DNA of 64,000 nt from an uncultured virus (IMG/VR IMGVR_UViG_3300017747_004150) (lineage: Duplodnaviria; Heunggongvirae; Uroviricota; Caudoviricetes). Within the stretch, counting starts at the first letter, position 1. The number at the start of each line of letters is the position of its first letter. The stretch is taken from IMG/VR virus record IMGVR_UViG_3300017747_004150. One strand, 5' to 3'. This document shows, piece by piece, positions 56,123-64,000 of this stretch. Below the pieces are notes generated by a model. The model was given only the letters and a program-made list of their open reading frames with translations, did no database searches and had not been told where the DNA came from. Made by a program: the position numbers and the translations under genes.

Positions 56123-57595
56123 TTAAGCAGCCCATTTGAAGAACATTGACTTCTGAGGGTTGGTCATCTGAAATCCGAATGTTTCAGTGATCGTCTCTTT
56201 TGAAGCCTCGTATCCGATGATGTCAGAACCCCGGAAGATCTCGTTCCTTGTTGCCTGAGATCCGTCACCGTTTCTCTGGATCAACTGGAAGATACCAATT
56301 TGAGGTTTGTCTGAATCAACACCAAAGGTTTCCATGTTGGCCTTATCTCCACCACGACCCATGTTGGTTGTCCAACAAGTTTTCTCGTAGTAAGACGCAT
56401 TCAATCCGGAACCGTTGGCAACTGTGTTCATCAACTCTGGGTGACCGTACTCAAGAACCGGTTTCATGTGGTGAGTAAAACCAATCTGGCCATCAACGAT
56501 AGTACCAAATCCAAGTTTTACAGCACGCTTTGAAGCATCGGCTCCACCATCACCTCCAAACGTATCATAACGAGCGTTGGTCAATGTTGCGGTACCTTGG
56601 TAATCCAAAAGCTTGCCAGTGGCAATCTTAAATTCCATACCCACAAAGTGAGTAAGTTCATTACCCATACCAACACTTCTGGCATAACGAGCAACTTCGT
56701 TCAACCAGTCCTTCACTTTTTCAGTGGTAGACAGATCCAAAAGAAGGTTGTTATATCCAAAGGCAGCTGTCTGAGCAATACCACCAACAGTTCTTTGACG
56801 ACCATTGTAGCTGGATCCGTCAGCAATCATAATCTGGATAGATTTCTGAATTTCGTGACGAACGTAAGTATCCAATTTGGCAATCAGATCTTCGAAGAAT
56901 TTACCCTGAACCGCATACTGCTTAATTACGGAGTTGGCCAGCATTGAGATCTCAGGACGAGAAGTCATCATGTACTGGAAGAACATGTCGTAACGAGCAT
57001 CTGTCTGGCTCTCGCCTTCAGGAAACGTATCTTTTTCTTTCGACACGTTTGCGTGGAATGCAAAGAAGTCTCCGTTTACCAAAGTTGCTACAACAGCACT
57101 GCTTTCAAACTGAACAGACAAAGTGTGTGCCGGCTTTGATCCACCGGTTGATGGCTTGCTCACCGAAATGATTTGGCCAGATACCGCGTTACGACCGCAG
57201 AAAACATACTGCTTTTCCAGACCTGGAGAAACCCATGTTGGTGATGCCGTAGTTCCAATGTTCTGCACATAGGCAGGATCAATTGTCAAAGTTACCAGGC
57301 CATCTGTTGGAGAACCAATGTTGGACATGGCTGCTTTCCGGAAACGGGAATGTCTCTGGAAGAATGTATGCTTAACGGTATTCGTATTACGAGTACGACC
57401 GGTTTGCATATAAAACGTGGAAAGAGACTGTGCAAAGTAATTGCCGTCTTCAATTTCCTGTACTGCCTCCATTGCAACGTCTCGTCTTGTAACGAAGTCG
57501 TCAATGATTTGCTGGAAGACTTCGGTCTGGTTCCCACTGGTGAATGCCCAGGGCCCCTTGGTGCCGTAAATCTGCTGATCTGTTCCTGCTGACAT
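56123..57595 (-). CDS. Major capsid protein (crAss-like)
   Basis: 490 aa; portal-scaffold-capsid order; own terminator; C-terminal TETFGFQMTNP. Confidence 0.75.
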   Translation of the reverse strand: MSAGTDQQIYGTKGPWAFTSGNQTEVFQQIIDDFVTRRDVAMEAVQEIEDGNYFAQSLSTFYMQTGRTRNTNTVKHTFFQRHSRFRKAAMSNIGSPTDGLVTLTIDPAYVQNIGTTASPTWVSPGLEKQYVFCGRNAVSGQIISVSKPSTGGSKPAHTLSVQFESSAVVATLVNGDFFAFHANVSKEKDTFPEGESQTDARYDMFFQYMMTSRPEISMLANSVIKQYAVQGKFFEDLIAKLDTYVRHEIQKSIQIMIADGSSYNGRQRTVGGIAQTAAFGYNNLLLDLSTTEKVKDWLNEVARYARSVGMGNELTHFVGMEFKIATGKLLDYQGTATLTNARYDTFGGDGGADASKRAVKLGFGTIVDGQIGFTHHMKPVLEYGHPELMNTVANGSGLNASYYEKTCWTTNMGRGGDKANMETFGVDSDKPQIGIFQLIQRNGDGSQATRNEIFRGSDIIGYEASKETITETFGFQMTNPQKSMFFKWAA

Positions 57596-57653
57596 GATTG
57601 TCTTTTTTTAAAGAGTGAGTAGTAATTTGTATGGACGATGGATTCTTTTGCCG

Positions 57654-58901
57654 TTATCCTTTTTTGAGCGCACTGTAAAAATTGTTCTTGCCAGCTTCAA
57701 TTTCTGCTTGTCGTTGCTCTTCCGGAGTAAGTTGACGATTGGCAGCGTCAGTTCTTTTCCCGGAGATGCCCAAAGCGGCCTTTAGGTCATCAAGACTTTT
57801 ACCGGATCCTTCCGCCAATCCATCTGTGTAGCGGCTTTCACCTACCTTGCCAGCATGCTTCTGAAGCAACAAGGGAAGAGCGTGCTCCAATAACTCAAGT
57901 CGCAAAGCGGCATCCATATTGAATCTAGTCTTGTTATCGCTCCCGGCGACCAAATATTTCGATTCAAGATACTTCTTTGGATCTTCAGCTATCTGTTCAG
58001 CAATTTGAGCAAATCCCGGTACTTCATTCACCAGAATTTCCACAAGTTCCGCGTTTTCCCCGTCACCTAACTTCACCCCAAACCGATCAAAAGATTTGGC
58101 CGCCTGTGCCAAATTGGTCTTTTCCTCGTCTGAAAGTGCATAGGATTGAATACCCCCTGGGTCTGCTTCTCCACTTGCCTCCAACAATGAAGGGGCCAGG
58201 CTTTTGAAATACTCAGACAATTCAGCCCTCTTGCTCCCGGCAATACTCTGAATCTTTTGTCCGTAGTAACTCTCTGGCTCATGTCCAAGTCCTTCCTCGT
58301 CGTCAAGATCTAATACTAAATTGGGATCTCCCAATTGTTGTTTCAATTCAATAAGAAACCCTTCCCTTTGAGCCTGTGCGCTCATGTCCGGGTTGTTTTT
58401 TACAAAAGCCTGGTAGAGCAAATCCTGAATAGGAAGCGCATCTACATCTACGTTTGCCAGGCTTGCAATATGGAATGCGTCTGGTCCATACATTTTGTAC
58501 AACCCATGAATCTGTTCAGCCTCTTTGAACATGGATTGTTTTTGGTTGTATTCATCAACCTGGGCCAAAAGCTGATCGATTTCTTCAATGCTTTTAAACT
58601 TGCCATTTGTAGCCGCCTCAACTGCATTGGGCTCTGGTGGTTGTTGTTGCGCTGCTGCAGCTTGCTGTTCGGCCATTGCTGCGGCCTCCGGGTCTGCTGC
58701 GGCCTGTTCGGCCATAGCTGCTTGTTCAGCCATAGCTGCGGCTTCCGGATCAGCTGCAGCCTGTTGCCCTCCCGCTTGTTGGGCAGCCATAGCGGCTGCC
58801 GCCTCCGGGTCTGCGGCGGCTTGCTCTGCCATAGCCTGTTCTTCCGCTGTTTTTGCAGCAACTTCTTCCTGAACTCCTTTCAAATAATCCTGCATTCCCA
58901 T
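57654..58901 (-). CDS. Scaffolding-like protein
   Basis: Acidic and helical; between portal and capsid; N-terminal AAMAEQAAADPE repeats. Confidence 0.65.
   Translation of the reverse strand: MGMQDYLKGVQEEVAAKTAEEQAMAEQAAADPEAAAAMAAQQAGGQQAAADPEAAAMAEQAAMAEQAAADPEAAAMAEQQAAAAQQQPPEPNAVEAATNGKFKSIEEIDQLLAQVDEYNQKQSMFKEAEQIHGLYKMYGPDAFHIASLANVDVDALPIQDLLYQAFVKNNPDMSAQAQREGFLIELKQQLGDPNLVLDLDDEEGLGHEPESYYGQKIQSIAGSKRAELSEYFKSLAPSLLEASGEADPGGIQSYALSDEEKTNLAQAAKSFDRFGVKLGDGENAELVEILVNEVPGFAQIAEQIAEDPKKYLESKYLVAGSDNKTRFNMDAALRLELLEHALPLLLQKHAGKVGESRYTDGLAEGSGKSLDDLKAALGISGKRTDAANRQLTPEEQRQAEIEAGKNNFYSALKKG
58640..58850 (-). repeat. In-frame tandem repeats encoding (A)AMAEQAAADPEAA
   Basis: Three ADPEAAA units and several MAEQ units with synonymous divergence. 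Confidence 0.85.
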
Positions 58902-58908
58902 GGTCTTA

Positions 58909-61263
58909 TTATTTTTTGTTTTTGGCTGTTTCTTGTTTTGGTTGTAGCAAAGAAACTACTTTTTTGGCAATTGTATCCATCTGGTCGTCTTCAAGGCGCA
59001 TTATGGTAATTTGGTTCTCCAAATCCATCTCCTTACCCATAGCAACTGCTTCGTTCTTTTTGGTTTGCACCGCCAGTGCTGCCTGGCCTTTAATGGTTTC
59101 TTTGCTTTGATCAACCGCTATTTTGCTTTGAGTTGTTGCCTCAATAGAAGCTTGAGCCTGTTCCATGTTTTTCTCCATGTTGTAGTCAGCCTCCTTTTGC
59201 GCTTGTGCCGTTGCTCTGCTTTCAGCAATCTTAAACATAAGCGTTGCATCCTTAACGTCTTCAGCGTTTTCTACATCAAGTGCCGTACTCATTTTCAACC
59301 AGCCACCATCAAGGGCCCGATCGATAAACTGATACAATCGCTCCCATCTTTCTTTGGTTGCCATTGCCCGGACGTGAATGCCATAAATGTGTTCCCAGGT
59401 TTCAGCAGGATTGATCTCATAGTTCTTACCCTTATAAGATCCCTTCTTGCCATTGTATTTTCCGTGGATAACAATCACCCGAACAAGTCTTTCGTAGATA
59501 TTCTGAATGCCGTCGTAGAACGGTTTCATTGATACTCTGGCCTGATCGATAACCAAATCAGAAACGCCTTTGCCAGTCCGGGTGCCCGGCAAAACTCCAT
59601 TCATCTGTGGAGGAACAGCCATAAACTCCCGGAGCATGTTGATCAGCAAAGCAATCTGATCAAAGGTTTCTCTAATCTTCCGAAGTTCCTCTGTATTCTC
59701 AACGGTGATGGGTGCGTCCTTGTTTGTGTTGTGCATCCCAGCATAGTTCTTACTGTCGTAAACAGCCATGCCGTCCACAATGAAGTTTTTGGCAACATCA
59801 AACCCGGTAACCACGTTACTACCTGCACCGATAACCATTCCAGCAAATCCCTGCTTATCCACTTTGACGATCGGCATTAAAATTCGCTTTGTCATTCGGT
59901 GAGCCTTAACCCACAGCTGCTGTATCTCATTGATAAAATCAATCGCCTTGTCAACTGGTGCTACGTTTTTTCCATCAAATGCCGCCGGACGCATTCCTAT
60001 TACACCGCTCTCGGCGTTTTCGTGATCGGCATTTGGATCTGCCTCATCAATCGGGCCGCCCATGGATAACCGGGAACCATCCGAATCCCATTGATACATT
60101 TCTTTGGTACCAATAATCCACTTGGTTGTTTCCCACCTGGTGATGGCAATTTCTTTGATTACAGAACTGCCGGTTTTGTTTTTACCGATGAATGTTCTAA
60201 TGCGACCATCTTTACAAACCCTTCTCTCAAAAGTGATCATGTCGGTCTTTTTCTCCACCAAGTGAAGAACGGCGACAACTCTTTCAGCCTCCAGTAACGG
60301 ATACATACCCGCCCGGAAAACGCCATTGCTGGTTCCTTTTGCCAGTACCAGGTTGTTGTATTTATTGAAAAAATCGATGTAGCTGGTAGCAACTCCCTCT
60401 ACGGAGTTCCAGTCCTCAATCTGATCCTGCGCTTCAATTTTTAACTGAGGCAAAGGCACCATCAATATTTCAGCCTCCATGGTTGAATCAGAACCGTCCT
60501 GCTGACGATTATACGAACTGATTCGAAAGTATGGGTTGCTTACTCGCACCTGATTGGTTTTTGCCATCGAGTCAAACCACATGTTGCCATATCCAAAAAG
60601 AAGCATGTTAAGCCTCAACATTGGCAGCATGCTTTCTTTAAAATTTATTCGAAGCAAATAGTCTTTGACATACCGTTGCATATTGGCTTCTTCTGCCATT
60701 GGCCGGTCAATCAAATACTTTTCCAGTTCAAAATCATCGATTGGAAGTTCATCTTCAGTGATGCCATTCTGATCCAACAGTGTTTGGTAAAGTATCCCAA
60801 ACTTTTTTGTGATCATGGCAATCTCCAGGTTTTCCCGAAGCTGGTTCCGCATGTTGTTGGCTTTGTCGTCAAGCCGGTAAATATCAACATCAAAATCCTG
60901 CTCGGCCATGTTACCAAGCATGGTTACAATGACGTGGTTGAGAACCTTAATGTTATCGACCTCAAGAGAGTCTGTATCAAATGGGTCTTTTGCCTTGTTT
61001 GTAACAGTGCGCTCCCATTTGGTAAGGTATTGCTGTGGATCCTGCTGGGCCAAAAAGTAAATAACGGCCCGGTTCATTTTGAGATAATCCCACTGGCCAT
61101 TCTGGTAAAACAACCGGTACCTCTGATAGACCAGTTGAGCATCTGCAAGAAGCTTTGCTTTCCGCTTATCGACTGCCGTCTTGCGGATTTCCATTGCAGC
61201 CTTGTCAACGCTTTTGCTGTCTGGGCTCAAGACTTCCAGTTCGAGGTTTGGGTTGTTTTCCAT
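58909..61263 (-). CDS. Portal protein (crAss-like)
   Basis: 784 aa; size, position and C-terminal Gln/Ala-rich coiled coil fit this portal type. Confidence 0.75.
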   Translation of the reverse strand: MENNPNLELEVLSPDSKSVDKAAMEIRKTAVDKRKAKLLADAQLVYQRYRLFYQNGQWDYLKMNRAVIYFLAQQDPQQYLTKWERTVTNKAKDPFDTDSLEVDNIKVLNHVIVTMLGNMAEQDFDVDIYRLDDKANNMRNQLRENLEIAMITKKFGILYQTLLDQNGITEDELPIDDFELEKYLIDRPMAEEANMQRYVKDYLLRINFKESMLPMLRLNMLLFGYGNMWFDSMAKTNQVRVSNPYFRISSYNRQQDGSDSTMEAEILMVPLPQLKIEAQDQIEDWNSVEGVATSYIDFFNKYNNLVLAKGTSNGVFRAGMYPLLEAERVVAVLHLVEKKTDMITFERRVCKDGRIRTFIGKNKTGSSVIKEIAITRWETTKWIIGTKEMYQWDSDGSRLSMGGPIDEADPNADHENAESGVIGMRPAAFDGKNVAPVDKAIDFINEIQQLWVKAHRMTKRILMPIVKVDKQGFAGMVIGAGSNVVTGFDVAKNFIVDGMAVYDSKNYAGMHNTNKDAPITVENTEELRKIRETFDQIALLINMLREFMAVPPQMNGVLPGTRTGKGVSDLVIDQARVSMKPFYDGIQNIYERLVRVIVIHGKYNGKKGSYKGKNYEINPAETWEHIYGIHVRAMATKERWERLYQFIDRALDGGWLKMSTALDVENAEDVKDATLMFKIAESRATAQAQKEADYNMEKNMEQAQASIEATTQSKIAVDQSKETIKGQAALAVQTKKNEAVAMGKEMDLENQITIMRLEDDQMDTIAKKVVSLLQPKQETAKNKK

Positions 61264-61264
61264 A

Positions 61265-62089
61265 TTATATTCCAGCGGTTAATGCTCCTGTTGCTCCAGC
61301 CTCCAAAACTCCAGTTCCTTGTCGAATCATATCGCCACGGACTGTTGATTTCTGTTTTTCAATCTCGTTCTTTACGTTTTGACGAATATCTCCGATTTTC
61401 ATGTTCAGTGAATCCCGGTATCGCTTTCTTTCTGATTGCGTTCTCTGACCTTCGGCGCCCATCTGATTAAACGCATTGTTTTTATTGCGCTGAACATTCA
61501 TTGCTGTCTTAATAACCTGATCGGGAGACGTTGCTGCCACAGAAGCATCTTGAAAAGCCGTGTTACCGGCTGCATTGATGTCGCTTATTCTTTGACCACG
61601 ATCGGATACACTGGCTGATGCGGCCGCCTGTCCTGCTGTACCCGCTGCGTCTCTTAATTCTTGCGAGACGTATTCATCCGGATTTGCACGATTAAGACTA
61701 TTTAGTGTTCTGACGTTGTTAATTAAGGCAGCCGTATTACCAATAACAGCCGGAGCAGCAGATACAATTCCAGCAACTTTATATGAATTTCTTGCCGCCT
61801 TTAAATTGCTAAGTTCATTTTTTAAATCAAGTTCTTTTGCCGGATCAGCATTTGGATCTGCTTTCAAAGCGCTAAGTGCGCTGGTTAATTGATTCCTTTT
61901 GTTTCGATAGCGAAACCCGGAAGATGCCGGAGGAACTCCTCCGCCAAAGTATGAACCAAACTGGCCGCTACCAAACATGTTTCCGTAACCACCCATGCCG
62001 CCACCCATAGGCATCGGCACAAACTTTCCGTCTACCATAAAGCCCATTTGCCCTGCTGGCGGATCTTCGGTATTATCTATTAATGCCAT
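61265..62089 (-). CDS. Putative internal virion/ejection protein
   Basis: Gly/Ala/Gln/Asn-rich helical protein (274 aa). Confidence 0.55.
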   Translation of the reverse strand: MALIDNTEDPPAGQMGFMVDGKFVPMPMGGGMGGYGNMFGSGQFGSYFGGGVPPASSGFRYRNKRNQLTSALSALKADPNADPAKELDLKNELSNLKAARNSYKVAGIVSAAPAVIGNTAALINNVRTLNSLNRANPDEYVSQELRDAAGTAGQAAASASVSDRGQRISDINAAGNTAFQDASVAATSPDQVIKTAMNVQRNKNNAFNQMGAEGQRTQSERKRYRDSLNMKIGDIRQNVKNEIEKQKSTVRGDMIRQGTGVLEAGATGALTAGI

Positions 62090-62126
62090 AGTGATACTTT
62101 TTGCAAATGTGAATATTTTTTTGCTT

Positions 62127-64000
62127 TTATTTTGCTAGTCCCGGATTGAATCCTACTTCCAAAGATACTAAGTCTTTTGGATTTGAGTCGACATCAAAGA
62201 TCTCAACGATTGCCCAGGCCCCATTAATTATATCTCCGCTTTCAGATCCGCCGGCAGAATTAACATCGCGTGTGATTGCCGATTCTGAATACTCCATACG
62301 ATTCACAAAATCTGTCGGTTGCATTACCGCTTGTCGGCCATTTGGGTTGGTGACTTTAACGCCCCAGACTTTCCCTTGAGTTGAATAATACCGGACTGCT
62401 GAATAGTTTTTCAATGTCTTCACTGCTGGATTACAAACTACGGTCAGACTGCTGTTGAAGTCTTCACCGTTAATTGTTGTAGAATTCGGATCAAACTCAT
62501 AGAGTTCTCCATCAAAAAAGGCGTATGTTTTCTTTGCTCCGGCAGGTGATGACAAGAACGCAAACATTTCTGTTTGGTTATTGATTCCATACGTTCTTCT
62601 GCCCTGATAGATGCCGTTGTCATCAATCTTGTATGCAAGACCATAACCTTTTCCGGAAACCAATATCTCCATGCGAAGAGGATCAAAACCAATCACTGCA
62701 TCATCCGGGACGTTATCCATGTGAGAAATGAAATCTTTTTGCTCAGAAACCGCGTCCTGGCCGTTGCGTGAAACCTGCACCAAAACCCTATTTACTGGAT
62801 CGATGTAATAGGAAACGCCTTTTGTGGTAATGATGACCTGGCCAATAGTCTGTGGTCCATACGGAAGGTTTTGTGTATTGGTTGTTCCAAACACTTTAGT
62901 CGATACAGCCAGAATACCAATACCATCAGTACCGGTTTGCTGAACCTTTCCAATCATTACGCCCTCGACACCCTGTTCGCAATGGATGTAAAGATTTTCT
63001 CCCAGGTTTGCAGATATAGACTGATTGATGATATCCACAATGTTGCCGATGGTACCGTCGACCAGCTTCCGGTTGTCAACATTAAAAGCAAACAAGTTGT
63101 TGATTTTTGTTCCTTCCAGATATTGCTCACCGTGCTGATAAGTCCTGGACTGAAGAAGTAGTTGTGGCTGATCGTTAATTGCAGTTGCTGATCCGATATC
63201 TGAATTCCAGTTTTCATTGAAAATTCCATTCAAATTCATAGACGCCCAAAAGCCCTGCCAGCTTACTTGTCCAATTTGAGTGTATAAGCCATTAAAGCGA
63301 TTGCCATAAACTTGTCTATTTTCTCCAGACATTGTTTTATCATCCCCGCAGCCATAGCAATCTCCATAATATCTTTTTACTACTCTTGCATTCCATTCCA
63401 CAGGAGTCCATGTAATTTGAGGGATAATATTCCAGTCGGATGATTTAACCTTGTTTTTTGAGTACAGTGCTACGTCGCAAATTTGATGGAGATACTGGCC
63501 TAAGTTTGGAACTTGATTGTCAACATCCACGCCAGACCAAAACCCAGCATTATAATATTGATTGCCAGTAGATGTAAAGCTTTGTTTCGATATTAAGATG
63601 TTGCCGAGTTGATCTGTTATTTTAAATTCAACATCAAAAGCAAGGCTTGCTTGATAATTAAACCCCGTTGTCGCTCTTGCAAAAAGACGGCCAACTTGCT
63701 TGACGTAATAGTTTTGCTCAGTTGAAAAGTTTATTGGCTCTCCAGACGCAAATTCAAAACCAATACCATAAAAAGACATTTTAATACTACTTCTCTCAAC
63801 CTGTTCCCCTCCTCTATTGTCCAGAAAAACATAAAAATTACCAGACGCATCCCGATAGATAAAAAAAGGACGAATCTGTGTACGGATAAAAAAAGAATAA
63901 TCTCTGTGTGATTTGGTTGCCAATCCAACACTTGCCACCTGCGTCGACAAGTCTGTTGCTCCCGGAGTAATTTCTATTGTTGGTGGAAAGTTTATGTCTC
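62127..64000 (-). CDS. Tail stabilisation/muzzle-like protein (partial; start beyond the window)
   Basis: Frame stays open from 63950 to the window end; EGTKINNLFAFN, YYIDPVN and VIGFDP beta-propeller-type motifs. Confidence 0.65.
   Translation of the reverse strand, partial: DINFPPTIEITPGATDLSTQVASVGLATKSHRDYSFFIRTQIRPFFIYRDASGNFYVFLDNRGGEQVERSSIKMSFYGIGFEFASGEPINFSTEQNYYVKQVGRLFARATTGFNYQASLAFDVEFKITDQLGNILISKQSFTSTGNQYYNAGFWSGVDVDNQVPNLGQYLHQICDVALYSKNKVKSSDWNIIPQITWTPVEWNARVVKRYYGDCYGCGDDKTMSGENRQVYGNRFNGLYTQIGQVSWQGFWASMNLNGIFNENWNSDIGSATAINDQPQLLLQSRTYQHGEQYLEGTKINNLFAFNVDNRKLVDGTIGNIVDIINQSISANLGENLYIHCEQGVEGVMIGKVQQTGTDGIGILAVSTKVFGTTNTQNLPYGPQTIGQVIITTKGVSYYIDPVNRVLVQVSRNGQDAVSEQKDFISHMDNVPDDAVIGFDPLRMEILVSGKGYGLAYKIDDNGIYQGRRTYGINNQTEMFAFLSSPAGAKKTYAFFDGELYEFDPNSTTINGEDFNSSLTVVCNPAVKTLKNYSAVRYYSTQGKVWGVKVTNPNGRQAVMQPTDFVNRMEYSESAITRDVNSAGGSESGDIINGAWAIVEIFDVDSNPKDLVSLEVGFNPGLAK

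Noticed and set aside
1..64000. Stop-codon reassignment as in some crAss-like phages
   Set aside because: Long genes are intact in the standard code, and TAG and TGA both end genes at sensible boundaries.
1..64000. Prophage boundaries or integrase
   Set aside because: No integrase, att-like repeat or host housekeeping genes seen; lifestyle cannot be decided from this window.

Overview
This window is most of the genome of a tailed dsDNA phage of Bacteroidota. The host is inferred from TAnnTTTG promoter boxes, A-rich initiation regions without Shine-Dalgarno sequences, and signal peptides followed by Gln. The virion module is crAss/phi13:2-like podoviral: terminase 11851-14283, portal 58909-61263, scaffold, major capsid 56123-57595, ring-like proteins, a muzzle-like protein and a tail fibre. 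Replication is lambdoid in style (initiator with internal 22-bp iterons, DnaB, SSB, RusA, RecT plus a PD-(D/E)XK nuclease), with no DNA polymerase or integrase in view. A >2616-aa polyvalent ORF absent from the ORF track (1-7848, minus) carries ParB-like, ADP-ribosyltransferase-like and SF2 helicase domains and apparently nested +1-frame genes. Minus-strand blocks (1-31060, 46328-64000) flank a plus-strand early region (32116-46257). The most interesting signal is non-coding. Early genes share short motifs over their start codons (ATCAAGTnTATG, AAAACCAATATG). Near-exact antisense copies sit in a promoter/terminator-bounded sRNA candidate (29212-29300) and in 3' UTRs of late genes, suggesting a trans-antisense shut-off network. 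The early region also has three tRNA-like top-half elements lacking an anticodon arm and one degenerate tRNA. All calls come from reading motifs by eye; no searches were run.
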